64,000 nucleotides of DNA. Source: Nymphaea colorata. Its lineage: Eukaryota. Where the stretch lies: NCBI RefSeq assembly GCF_008831285.2, contig NC_045138.2:37014001-37078000 (forward strand), given 5' to 3'. Made by a program: the position numbers and the translations under genes. Below are positions 1 through 12,601 of this stretch, one piece after another; position 1 is the stretch's first letter, and every line of letters begins with the position of its first letter. The notes below the pieces were generated by a model. That model was not told where the DNA came from. It ran no database searches and worked only from the letters and a program-made list of their open reading frames with translations.

Positions 1-1779
1 ATCATGCATCATTTTTATCGTCCCTTCCGTGCACCATGACATTATGGCAGTGTGTAGCCCGGTATTTTTGCTGAAGATGGACTGTTTCTCTCAATTAATT
101 CATGCTGTGAGCGTCTATGTGAGAGATTCGATCACTAAGTCTCGTTAAAGGTGTTTGATCTCATGTCTAAGGTATGGTCCACTCTGGTGACGCCCACATT
201 TATGTGTCCATTGCTATTTTGGCCAATTCCAAGGCACTGTTCAACTATTTGATCTCAAGTTGTGATCATACAATGCTGATTTTTGTATGTGCAGGTCTAG
301 TCCACCACCAACCACCCATGAGTGTGCGTGTGCATCCACAACCTCAGTGATTTAAAAGCAAAGTTGTTGCTGGGTACTCTTTGCCATGGTAGCTCTTTGT
401 CCTTGTCATTCTCACTGTAGCTTCAAGTTGATTAGCTAACCCCATTGTCCTTTATTCATATGTAAAATCAACCTTGAGAATTTGGAAAATAGACGTGGCG
501 CAACGACGCCACGTCAGTGGCGACTAGTTGAATTTGTGGAGCTCTTATGATCTTGGGAATTCTCATTCTCTCATGGAAGACACTAAGCAATCACTTGCAC
601 TAAAAGGGACCCTCTTATTTTGGTTTGACTCTCTCCCCTTTTCAGAATTGCCAATCTCCAATTTCCTCATAAACATGATCAATCAATTCAATGATGTAGA
701 AGTACAGGTGGTCCAAGGGGATCCGAGATCAGTGATAGCTGAAATCTACAATTTTAACAAACTGCAGATTTCAGCTTGAACCCACCAAAACATTGTAAAA
801 AACATGGATTTGAGGTCTGAAGGGGGGAGGTTGGACTTCAAAACCATGGATCCGAGTTCTGTTGTGATCTCAGACCACTTCGGATCTCAGGTCCGTGGTA
901 ATCAAACACAAACTAAATGATCTTTCAACAGAGGGTACTTTTGCAATACGAAATGATGCGAGAAAAGATCAATAACTACTAAAACAAATCATTTTTTTAT
1001 CTATTTCTGTCGTTTGTAGAGCTATGAACTAGTTATTTGGAACATCAATCCAAGTAGCTAAGCCCAACCGTTTACTTCTGATCTCACAAGGGTTAGCTTC
1101 AGGTTTCTCTTCAAACTCATGAAGTTAGCAACTAATTTGGATTATAGACGAGGATGTTACATCATTATCTCTGACATAGCACCAGTGAGTTAATTACCAT
1201 AAAGCCTGAAATGCAAGTAAGAGCACCGAAGTGTGCAAACTGCAAACTCACTTAATGGAGTTAGGTTGAGGTTCTACATTATCTCCTGGTATCAATAATT
1301 GTAAATGCATTTCTACCGGAACCTCTTTGTAAGTGTGTTCTCTTTCTATATGCTAATTAGATTTCTCCAACTAATCGTTCAGCGCACATTTGGCTATTTT
1401 ATTAGGCAGCAGTCAATTGATTGTCCAAATTTATCTAATTCAGTAGCTTTGAAAAGCATTTGATAATACGTGCACGCATCAAATAATTGATACTCTTAAA
1501 CACATAACTAGCCAAGGATATGCACGTAATCCCCATTATATGATTATGGTATAAAACGTTGTGTAAACAGTAATATTAATGCAGTACGCGTGTTGGATTG
1601 GGGACAGCTAAACAAACTGGAGATCGGGTTGGAGTCCGACCTGGAAAGGTAAACAATGACAAAAAACCATCAAATCGGTTTTGGCTGATTTGCAACTTAG
1701 GACGGAAAAGTAAAAATCTCATAAAATTGATCTAAAAAGAAAAACATGGGTTTTTTTAATAATTATCCCATGATAAACA

Positions 1780-2213
1780 TATATACTCAAAGTTTGGATT
1801 AAGAAGTTATAGCTAGTTGAAACCCAATTCCCATAGTGATGGATATAAGCCCGATCAAAATTCTTGGGGCTTTATACATTTGTGTATTGATAAGTCCATT
1901 CACTATTTATCGCAGTTCAATCTCTCTCCCGATGAACCATATAGTCAAAAGAAACCATAAACCAGAATAAAAGAACTTGCCCCACCCCACCCATGAGTGG
2001 ATATTTGGTTGTAGCCTCATTAGGCCGTACATTTCTCTTGGTATATAGATACAGGTAGGAGCATAAACTGAAACATTCTGGAGCTACAAAGATAGTTATT
2101 AAAACGTTAACACTAGATAAAGGCATACCTCCTAGAGTAGCTGTTAATACAAATAACAGAAACTCTGTTATATCCATTTCTATAGATTCAATGTACTCTG
2201 TGGATAGAGGAAT
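1780..2213 (-). pseudogene. ndhB: Degenerate nuclear insertion of plastid ndhB (NUPT), internal fragment
   Basis: The minus strand reads [30 protein letters not shown]...[17 protein letters not shown]...[19 protein letters not shown]..., then after frameshifts [34 protein letters not shown]. This matches plastid NdhB ([30 protein letters not shown]...[11 protein letters not shown]...GIGFKL). It has frameshifts and stops and lacks both ends. Boundaries are approximate. Confidence 0.93.
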
Positions 2214-3641
2214 AAATACGGTTGACCATAATATGCTTATTTAGTGTTACGTATCTGTGCACAGACAATGTGCCTAAGAACTTAGGCAATTCACACGTCT
2301 GGCACGCAGACAAGTATGAGCATTTGTGTCTATGCATGCACTCACTAGTATAATGTGCATATATGTGTATGTATGTGCATGTGTAAGCACACACACATGC
2401 AATGTGTCTAAGGGCTTCACAGCGATAGCAACCAAAGATTCTCCAATTCTGCGTTCCTCCTGTAAGAAAACGATGCACAGAAGCATCAGCATTAGAATGT
2501 GCAATGGTGTTTTATACATAAATATTGCACTAGCTTTTAGCTAATTTCCACCTTTCTTAAGAAAGAACTTTTATAAAGTGGATTCAAAAAGTTGCCTTGT
2601 GCATCAGTGAATCCCAGGTGTTCAAAGTTGGAGAAAGAAGAGGGGATTTTTTTATAAACGGCTAGACTTGACTGATTGGACCAAACTTTTGATTCATGCC
2701 CGGCTTTTTTAAGTGGCACTACTGATTGGTGGTGTTCCCAGCCCTAACTGATCAATGTGGTAGCTCAAAGCACAAAGCTCTTATATAATGAATGAAGTCA
2801 TCGATACATGTATACCAAATAACACAAGATATATCCAAACCGATTCTCTAATATTGAAGAACCAACTTTACACAGAAAAGTGAGGCGCATTCAAGAGACA
2901 ATTTAGAGGCAGTTCTTTTAGTGAAGATGGCCAGCTTCATGTTTAAATAAAGGCCAATAAGGTTCGGAGACCACGCCTTATTGTACTATTATGGAGGACA
3001 AAAGGAATCCATGATTGGCAGCAAAAGATCCTTCTCCACATGTGCAGAAAGTGAATCTTTGACCAGCAACATTGCAACCTTGACCGTCTAAATACAGACT
3101 TCAAATCAGGGAGGGTGAAGTTATGCATACATTACAGAACATACGGGCCTAAGTGAGACGGGTAGCTGCCCTTTTCTTCTTAGGGTAGATTTTCCCTTTT
3201 GAGAGAAGTGAGAATTCTGCTGACAAGAAATTGCAGCTGATAATACAGATGTAAAGGATGCCATTGTTGTTGGAGATGTGAAGGATTCCAACTCAGGTGG
3301 GCTCCATATTTGACTGGGATCTTTCTTAATCAAATTCGAATTCAGATTCGATTGCGTTAGACTTATAATTCTGGAATCATATCCAAAACTGAGAAAAGTA
3401 AAAACTGAAATATACATGTCATCAGGTCAGATCTTTATCAGACCTCATATTTGGATTTGGTCATTTGAATTGAGACCCACTTTTCTTTATCGCATCAAAC
3501 TAAACAGATCCAGTTTTATGTCACTAATCAGATGTTACTGACCCCATGGAAACGCTAATCCATGGGCCACAATCAATTAATGTTTCATGGCTCTTAGAGA
3601 AAGAAAACAAGGCTAGCTGTGCTACAAGGACCAAACGCCAA

Positions 3642-3744
3642 GAGCACGTTTGATTTGCTGTGAATGGAACATGCAGAACGCACCTGCTTTCTGCAAAATT
3701 TCATCTGTTCCGGGCGTCCCAGCAACAGAATATCAAACGTCCTC
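3642..3744. mobile_element. Tourist-like (PIF/Harbinger) MITE, ~103 bp
   Basis: Terminal inverted repeats GAGCACGTTTGAT ... ATCAAACGTCCTC match at 12/13 positions. The flanks are CAA and TAA, consistent with a TAA-type 3-bp TSD with one mismatch. Confidence 0.6.
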
Positions 3745-4893
3745 TAATAGAAAGTAGGAACCATCCATCTACACCATGAATAATTGGACGTTCAGAAGCG
3801 GGAATGGAAAGCAGAGAGGTTCACTTTGGACACTCGACACTTTTAGACCAAGCAATGAATCAAAGAGACCAATAATTTGTGAGAGAGTGAGGTTTGTGAT
3901 TCACCATTATAAGGCCGGAGCAGCAAAGTGCTTGGCCCAAGGAAAGGAAAAGCACGTACCATGCTCACCATCGGCAATAATGTGCAAGATGAAACAATTA
4001 CAAGCAGCACGAGAGAGAGAGAGAGAGAGAGAGAGAGCCGAAAGGGCCAATGAATCATGTCTGGCATTTGCAGTAGTGCCTGTCAAAGTATTGTCTCATA
4101 TGACATGCAGCAGACAGATTTGCATGACGCATACTCTATCCTCCATAGCAGTGGATGACGCGCGCGCACACAAACACACACACACACACTTGCCGAATAG
4201 TTTTGACAAATCTATTGCCATAAAAGCACTTATTGATTTGCTCTTGCTAAGAACACTTCAAAGCATTTATTTTTTCTTAATTATTGTTTAAACTAAATTC
4301 GTATGAATATTCTTGGGTGGTTCACTGGAACACATGCATTCATCAGAATTAAGCAACTTAAGTCTTGATCTTGTATAAGTGACCAAGTGGTAGCGCTCTA
4401 AACCTTTTTTTTTTTTTCAAGGGGCGTTAGTACTTAAAGAAGTATAGATTTTTAAGAGACATTAATATACATAAACAAAATAGCCATGTGGTACAATATA
4501 AAAATAACCATTTTGTTGTGGGACTCTGTGGGCAATTGCACACACAGGCTCAGCACTCTTACCTCTGCCACTAATGTGACTGTAGATGTACATTAATAGA
4601 TGCAACTACCATAAGCTTCACTATACATTTTTGTAGATGGGCAAGCTGGGTGAGATACGTTCTTGCCAACTTTTGCCAAAGAAACATCCAATGGATATTA
4701 AACTTTCATTAAAGGTCATAAGTTGAGTCTCTACTCTCTAATCAAGTAGATGAAACTACTATTGGGATTTTTTTTTTTTTTTGGTCTTAAAGGAGTGGGG
4801 TCAAACTTGATGTGCCCTCGGACATGGACACTGCCTTCGGACAAGAGAGTCAGGAAAGTCTTGTAGCCTAACCCACCACCTTCCATTTCCCAC

Positions 4894-4897
<4 letters not shown>

Positions 4898-4927
<30 letters not shown>
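4898..4927. repeat. (TC)15 microsatellite
   Basis: Read directly from the sequence. Confidence 0.95.
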
Positions 4928-4932
<5 letters not shown>

Positions 4933-5454
4933 TATACTTTTCAATATTTTTTTTATTTAGGGCAGCACCTAAACCATGTATGTGGTGGGTCTTATCTCTT
5001 CTTCCACAAGGGAAGAAGCCTTTGAAGGTTCATCATTGCCCTAAGAAAAGCAAATCCTCCTTTTCCTCTTCTCATTAATTTCATCCCTAGCTTTGTCGCT
5101 AAAGGAGAAGTAGATGGAGAAATTTGAGGGCCCAATTCAGACGACATCAGGTTGTTTTATACCAGAAAAAGTAGAGAGAAGATGCTGGGAGGGTGAGTAG
5201 ATTGCCATTTCTAGATCGGTGCTCCACCTCCACCCCTCTAAACACTCGCACTTGTAACCCCACAGCCGTTGAAAGTACCGCCAGTATCCTTCAGTCACTC
5301 GCAACAGTCTCCTGCTGGGCACCTAAATCTCTTGAAGGTGATGGATGAATCCCTTCAAGTGTACGCATGTTTATAAATTTTTTAAGAAGTTCAAAATCAA
5401 CTGCAACTGCTGCCAAAGTGATCATATACATATATCCAATTATCCATGAGTGAG

Positions 5455-5605
5455 AGACATAGTTAGGAATTTTTCATGAGAGAGTCCAATTATGAGTTGA
5501 AATATAATTTTTTAAATTCTTTTATATGTAAATAAATTTTTAAAAAATTTACATGTAAATTTAAAAAAAAAAAATTGATGCAAAGGGAGGGGGGCGCACC
5601 CCTTG
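5455..5605. mobile_element. Degenerate copy of the same AT-rich MITE family
   Basis: Shares the core AAATATAATTTTT..AAATT..TTTTATATG...AAATTTTT.AAAATTTACATGTAA with 6063-6224. TIR and TSD are not recognisable and the ends are approximate. Confidence 0.5.
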
Positions 5606-6062
5606 TGATAGAAACCTTGCTTGACTGATTTGATGTTTGATATGACTTTCCCTAGTACCAATATCCGTTTGAGTGTCATTGGTGCCAGGTGGTGGAGTTA
5701 GAAATTTTTGGTTGAAGGAAAATCATATATGAATTTTAACTAAATTGCACCCTAGGGCATATTCATATAGAACTCAATTCAATTTATGTGCCCCCTATGG
5801 ATTAATGCCTTAATTATATAGGCTAAATGAGTCAAAAATTGAGGTATAAAAAATGTTTCTTAATGGTTTGCTAAAGAGGCAATGCAAAGATTACTATAAA
5901 AGAAAAGCATGTCGATTAAGGAGCGAGCATGTACGTTTCATCTAGTACCTGCTCAGATGCTACTCACCCACTAATAATTGAATGATATTCATCTTGTTTT
6001 CTTGACCAGGCATTGTAGTCGTAGAAAAGTTGAAAATGTGTGTGAAACATAGGACCCAAATG

Positions 6063-6224
6063 CAAGGGCAGAGTTATAAATTTTTTATGAGGGAAGCCAA
6101 ATAATGGTTTCAAAATTTTGATAGGGGCCAAAAATATCACTTTTCAAAATTTATATATAAGATACATGAAATTTTTTAAAATTTACATGCGATTTTTCTT
6201 TTTTTATCGTTAGCTCTGCCCCTG
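6063..6224. mobile_element. hAT-type MITE, 162 bp, with perfect 8-bp TSD
   Basis: TIRs are CAAGGGCAGAGTTA and TAGCTCTGCCCCTG (reverse complement CAGGGGCAGAGCTA). CCCAAATG occurs at 6055-6062 and again at 6225-6232. An 8-bp TSD with short CA/TG-ended TIRs is characteristic of hAT elements. The core is AT-rich. Confidence 0.88.
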
Positions 6225-7589
6225 CCCAAATGAACGATAAGTGCATGCCCCTAGCTTCATGGGCTCAATTAGGGACCCTTATAGTTTTAGGCGCACCATT
6301 GTATCTAAATTAATACATACATTAAAGCACCAATGTGAAGTAACGGATTTTTGTGGGGCTGGTGTGGGCAAATGCCCACACCTACTGACACTTGCCTTCT
6401 TTTTCGAGATTCGCTGCACACCTCGCACTGCTTCCCTCACTCTTCCAGTCGCTCTCAAATATTTTTGAGGTATACTTTTGAGCCATATATCATCTTCTCC
6501 GTTCTCCTGCGACCATAAGCTCATGTTTGATTGTCTTTATAGTGCTTATCGACTGTACTTTCACCAGATTGCAAATTTGTGGCTGAGGGACGCTAATGTT
6601 TCAAATTTTGGACTTCAAATTGTCCCGATATATAAAAGAAAAACATGTATGGCTATAGAAATAAGCAATTTGTGAGAGTGCCTGTGTGGGCAATTGGCCC
6701 CGCAAGCCAAAACCTGCTTCTGCCGCTGCCACTGCCAAAATGTATTAATTGCAAGATAATAATGGTTAATGAAGTCATCACCATCTGTTTAATAGCTTTT
6801 ATGTAAAAAGTTGTTCATGCAAAAAGCCGACAAGTACTATGGAGCGATGAGTTGATGGGTAAGGGCTTCATCTCTTTTATTGGGCAGTACGATGAAATAT
6901 TCTTCCAGCTCACTCAATCAAAAGATTATCCAACCAACCAAACATGACCTAAGTGTCATCCTAAACAATATTCTCACTAAGCTATTTTTTAGGAGCATGT
7001 TGGATACCTGCAATGAGAGTGTCACTTAAGTGTTGGATCATGAGATGGGGTTTGAAATATATGAGATTTTGGGTTTGATTCAATATTTGTTGAAGTCTTA
7101 AGATAAAATGTTTGAATATGTACTTTAATTTGATATTCGATCTAGAAACACCACACTGATATTCACAGAAGTGTTATTTTTAGGGGGGCACCTTCTGATA
7201 ATTGCTGGTGGTGGTTGCCTTCATGGATGCATGGCCGACAAAAGAGGGGTGATGTTAGCGAACTGCTTTAGTAAAGCCGAACAGTTTGTGGTTCTCCATT
7301 CCTTGGTTCTTATCAATCACGATGAGCTCAACCCATGACTGGGCTCGGTCAGAGTTGTAAAGTGGTCGACTGGGTCTGGTCCTTGTTGCCCATTGAGTTC
7401 AAGAAACTGGGCCAAAGAAAATAGAAGACAAAAGTTTCTCTCCTGTTTTTCTTGCGACGCAATAAGAAGAAAAGCAGGACTAAAGAGTTGAATCTCCTTT
7501 GAGAGCAATCATCCGTTTAGACTATTCACCGTGGAACACTTTCAAACAGTAATGCTTACCATTCCATTATTTCATACAAACCCTTTAGA

Positions 7590-7890
7590 GCTAAGTCACA
7601 CTGATACATGTACAAATACGGGTATGGGCATGGGGATACGAGTAGGGGCACTACAATTATAAAAGTTATGAACATGGACATATGATAAGTTAATATATAC
7701 ATATATGTATATATATATGCGTGCAAATTTCCACAAGAAATATGGAAAACATCACAAAAAGTGCAAAATTTTAAAATTTCAGAAAAATATAAAAAAACCT
7801 GCAAAAATCATGGCTGCCTCTCCTGCCATGTTGCTGTATCTGTGTTGGCATGTCGACACGGGTACTGCAGCATCCAGCTTAGAGTGTCTA
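7590..7890. mobile_element. Remnant of a non-autonomous DNA-transposon-like repeat (GATACGGGTA/GACACGGGTAC subterminal motifs)
   Basis: Clustered motifs TACGGGTATGGG, GGGGATACG and GTCGACACGGGTAC surround an AT-rich core, a pattern typical of plant hAT-derived repeats. Ends not defined. Confidence 0.4.
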
Positions 7891-8070
7891 GGGTTGGGCC
7901 AAACCCGACGGCAAGATGGAAACGATGAAGGAAGTTGAAGTGAAGACCTTGATTCCTCAACCCTATTATTTCTTTGTCTCTATTAATGGCTTAACTCTTA
8001 AAATCTGAAATCGGGGCTTTACGTGTGCCACTATTTAAATAACCGGTGGATCTCTGGGGTCGAGATATGA

Positions 8071-8200
8071 CAGGGCGGCAGAATTATAGTTTTAATATTT
8101 TAACAACGACCAAAATATAATTTTTCAAAATTTTTATGTTGGTGATAAATGAAATTTTGTAAAATTTGCATGTAATTTTTTTTTAACTGAGGCCAACCCC
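8071..8200. mobile_element. Degenerate copy of the same AT-rich MITE family
   Basis: Begins CAGGGCGG and carries CCAAAATATAATTTTTCAAAATTTTTATG...ATGAAATTTTGTAAAATTTGCATGTAATTTTT, collinear with 6063-6224. Confidence 0.6.
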
Positions 8201-9315
8201 GTGTCTCTGTCTCCACATGCATTTTGTAAATCATAGACTTCATATTCACTTTTTCATTCTAAAACATCTAATCTGAAGTTATCTCTGATCCTCTGTCAAC
8301 AAACTTGGCCAAAAGAGTTCCATGCCATTGGAAAAGAAACAAAGGAAGAACATGCGATCTGACCATGACTGTTGAAAAAGATTTCGTGTCATGGAAGAGG
8401 ATGAGAATTGCTGTTGCTGGATCTGTGTTTCTCACCAGAGTAACGTTTTGACTATGCTAACTATGGTTTGATGCACTTGACATGATCCAACTGGTGAGTC
8501 CTCATGGTGTCTGACTTGGAGAGCATAAGTGGATGTTTTCTTATAGGAGAATGACTTCACTTTTGAGTGGGGATTGTTGCCCTCGTCATCTATGCACATC
8601 CTGCAGACTAAGCTAGCCCAGTTCCAGACAACTTGGACTCAACCTATTTATTGGTCTCCGGATTGCGGCTTACTTGACCTAGTGGTTTGATGATTCACGA
8701 ACAAAAATCTTGATCCAACTCAGCTGTGTTCGCTATAAGCTGAGATTGGCTCAAGCTTCTCAATCCAAAACAAATACAAGTAAGTTTCAATATGTGGTGA
8801 ATCGAGAAATTTTTTTTAGAGGAGCACTCATTCACATATTTTCATATTTGAAGGGACACTTATATATATAACAAAGCAAATATTTAAATATATTAACATG
8901 AAAACAAAGAAATATTGAGAGACTGGTGTATGAGACTAACTACACCAGCCCATATGTAGTTCCGTCCCAATGAAATATGTTTGTACTTCTTAATTTATAG
9001 GTTATTGTGTTGAACTGTTGAGACCAATATCCGAGCCAGCTAGAAGGAGTCGTTGTTGAGATGAACTATGTTTGTTAATGCTGCGATGTATACTTGACAA
9101 ATATCACCAAATTAAAGAATCTTGTTCGTCCGTTTCTCCTCATGCATTAACTTGACAATCAGTGTGACGTTGGTTCTTGTGTTTTATTCTTTCCAATTTT
9201 ACGCCAATGACTTTTTTAACAAAATATTTGTAATTTTAAGGAGATTTTTCTTCTCACCAAAAATTACGAGGTTAGTATGAGTTTGGATGCCCTATACTTT
9301 TAGAGAGAGAGAGAG

Positions 9316-11050
9316 TCAACCAAATGAGAATGTATAACAAAATTTGAAGACAAAAAGTTCTTTAGATAGAAAACAAACTACAATAATAAAATATAAAGAA
9401 CGAATAATACAATACAGTAGTACAATAAAACAAAATAAGAGGAGTGAGGAGAGAGTTGATAGACAGAGCGAGTCACTCAGCAGCAAACGAAATATGGCAC
9501 CATAGTCGAATAACAAAGTGGACATCCCCCTGCACAAGGCATGCCACAGAATCCGGCAATGAGAAGGTGGCTCTGAAGACCATGTTGTTACGCTCCTTCC
9601 AAATACGTTACCAAGAAGATATGAGCCACAACCTCCAGACACGACCCCAGAAAATGGACAGGTGTAGGGAATGACAAAAGAGAAAAAGAAGTTAAATGGA
9701 GGGCGGGTGACCATGCAGAGACAAGAACACCATAGAAGAAAAGACATGAAGTAAAAATGTGAATCTAAGACTCAGCCGCGACGAGATAGATGAGACATTG
9801 GTTAGCTAAACTAATATCAATGCATTGTAGGTGATCAAAAGTATTAATGTGACTAACAAGAAGAAACAATGGCACGATGAGAGGGACTAGGGGATCAAAG
9901 GAACCGAGGTGGAAACGACGCAGCGAAAGAACCAAAGGAGGCCAGGTAGCAAGAAGAAAAAGTGAATCCATGGGAAGGAGAAAGAGACCAAGATAGGGGG
10001 ACAAGCGATGGAAGATCAGCACGACGAAGGAAAAAAGAAAGGACAGAAAACATGTTGCACTACAAGTGGGAGGGAGAGGTGTGAAAGATGAAAATATTAC
10101 AATCACTAGAAGAAGACACGTCATATTTGGAACAAATAAAAAGTGTGATGGAGGATGCTCAGTTACTAGACACTACCACCAAGAATACAAAGAGGACTCA
10201 CACGCCCGACTAAGGTTGGTAGTTCCGGTACTTTCAAGATGATGTGAAAGAGCAACTACATCCTAATGCACAAACCAATCATCGTGTAAAGTCTTTTTTT
10301 TGTCGTACAACAAGGTTTTAAAATAGCATAAAATTATCTAAAATAATTTCATCTGTTGGAAAGTTAAGAAAATGAGAAGAGGTCCGACTATCTTTCCTTA
10401 TTGTTTATTGTGAAAGTAAAGGCCATTCGAGTGAAAATACATCGGAGATTAAAGTCCCGCCATTCAAACACGCCTTAATTAAAAGAATGAAAGAAAAAGC
10501 ATTCAAACAAAACCAGAGAAACAGAGGAGCCCTCGTCAACATGGAGGGTCCTAAGTTCGAACGGAGCTCATATTGGCAAGTGTCCGCGGCTTCACACAGA
10601 TACCCAAGGAACCACAAGCGTTGAGAATCTGAGATGCCCTATAATGAGCGGATCGGGGAACCAAGAATCCTCTGCCATCAGTATCACCGCCATTACCACC
10701 ACCACCACTGTCGGGACGAGCTAGCGAATTACGACATTGCGTGGCAACTGTCGACAGCCGCCGGAGAATAAAGGCCGGCCGGAGCCATACATACACACAT
10801 ATGCTCATGATTTGTGAGAATCTAGGGCTACCATCATCACTTCCCACTACCGACTACCCCTAATCAACTGATTGGGTGAGAGATGAGGACAGCTTGATAC
10901 GCCACTGCGGAATCGTATCGCCACCAACCACCATCATGCCTCCGACCAAAACTCCGGTCATTGTTCTTCACAGACATCCGATTATCCATGGACCTCCAGG
11001 GGCACCAAATCCCCCGAGATGCGGCTAGTTTTTGAATGTCAATGATAAAT
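9316..11050 (-). mobile_element. Probable decayed retroelement remnant(s)
   Basis: A purine-skewed stretch (9316-10260) and a GC/CpG-rich block (10530-11040) contain only short ORFs that do not match any family I recognise. No RT, gag or integrase motif is recognisable. The call rests on composition only. Confidence 0.25.
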
Positions 11051-12461
11051 CTCAAAAGGCATCTTGCCTATAGTCCTTCAAATCCGGCAACCAAGTGGAT
11101 TGACAGTGTGAGCGAGACATGCAGTTGCAGATTCCTCCAAGGAACAATTTGCTAATTTGGATATATGCTTTTTGTAATTGTTTAATTTGCTTTTTTTTAT
11201 ATATAGACAAGTAGAGCTTAAGATAAGCTCCATGTACAGATTTTTCCATGATATATGCACTTTCGGTAATGAACTCTTAAATCGTTCCTAGTTTTGAGTC
11301 TCTAATCTAGGCTAAAGAGGTGATCCAACATTTGCCATTTTTAATTTATAAACGATGAGACAAATTTAATAATTTATTGGTCTGCTATTTTAGCTATTGT
11401 TTGAAGCTTAACAGTCAGAAAATGATCTCATATCATTTAATAAGTACCTTTACGCCATTTTGTTCCACTCATTCTCTGATTTCTCCTTTTTAACTCATTT
11501 GTCTTTTGATTAAAAGGAATCTATTAATTATGATTGTTCGAGTAAGAATGATTTCATTAGTGGAAATGAATGTGTAAATGGTTACTAAAGTAGGGATAAC
11601 TATGAACCATTTCTCTTTTATTTAAAGTATGTTAGTAGTCTATTCAGAATGGAGGAACTCTGAAGTATGATCATGCCAAACGAGCGAATGACAAATGCGT
11701 CTGTCAGCCATGTCTGTTTACAAGGGCATGATAAGTGAGATCCTATTCATTCACACTCACAGCAGAAACTCAAATCTATACAATAGAAAACTATCCTTCC
11801 CGGCGTTCTTGGCAACTAATTCCAAAAATTGAAGTGTTTTTTTGAAAAAACAGATTAGTTAAGGTTAAAAGTAATCTGAGAAGCTTAATCTCCATGCACT
11901 TGGGAAGGAACCATTATTTTTCCTTAGCTGAAGTAAGATGCATAAAGGAGATCTAATGGCAAAAGGAAAAGCAGTCACTGCATACTTGTCAACTTGTGCA
12001 AGTGTTCTATTTTGTTGGATCAAGGTGAATTTCTCTAGTTACTAGCGAGCAAAAAGAGAACAGAATCTTCTGTTAGATAGTTGCAGAATACCATCTTGGT
12101 CATTTGCAACAGCGGCAAAGCCAAAATAATTCCTCACTGCTGGATTGAATCTCTTCTTGCTCAGATGCCATGACAGAGACCACAACCAGAACCAGAGGCA
12201 ACACTGTGGAGGGCTTCTGTTCACACCAAGCTAGCACTCGGCGCGTGTGCCACCACCGCAGGGCTGCCTGCTGTGGGCCTTATGCCTACATCACCAAAGC
12301 ACGAATAATGTCCATCAAATCACACCCCACTCACACTATAATGGAAGAGGGCCCTCCTCAAGGCCCCACATGCCACTAAGAGCTCCTCCAATTGATGCCA
12401 CCTCAAGAAGGGGGCCCTCCCCATATTGATTTATCCATTAAATCCATATGGGGAGTCTGCT

Positions 12462-12470
12462 CCATAAATA
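12462..12470 (+). promoter_or_regulatory. Putative TATA-like box (CATAAATA) of the UMAMIT gene
   Basis: Lies ~135 bp upstream of the ATG at 12602 and is preceded by several GGCCC/GGGCC motifs at ~12270-12420. Confidence 0.4.
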
Positions 12471-12601
12471 CCTGAGCCGGTGCCTCTTCACTACTCAGGG
12501 ATGCACTTGAGAAACACTTCCTGGGTGCTCCCTTCAGCCTCTTTGTAGCTCACTGTGTGCCTGTGAGCCTTCTGCTTCGAGCAGGACACTTCCACATAAA
12601 A

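Noticed and set aside
3776..4291. 171-aa ORF
   Set aside because: It runs through (GA)n and (CA)n microsatellites and has no domain or exon structure.
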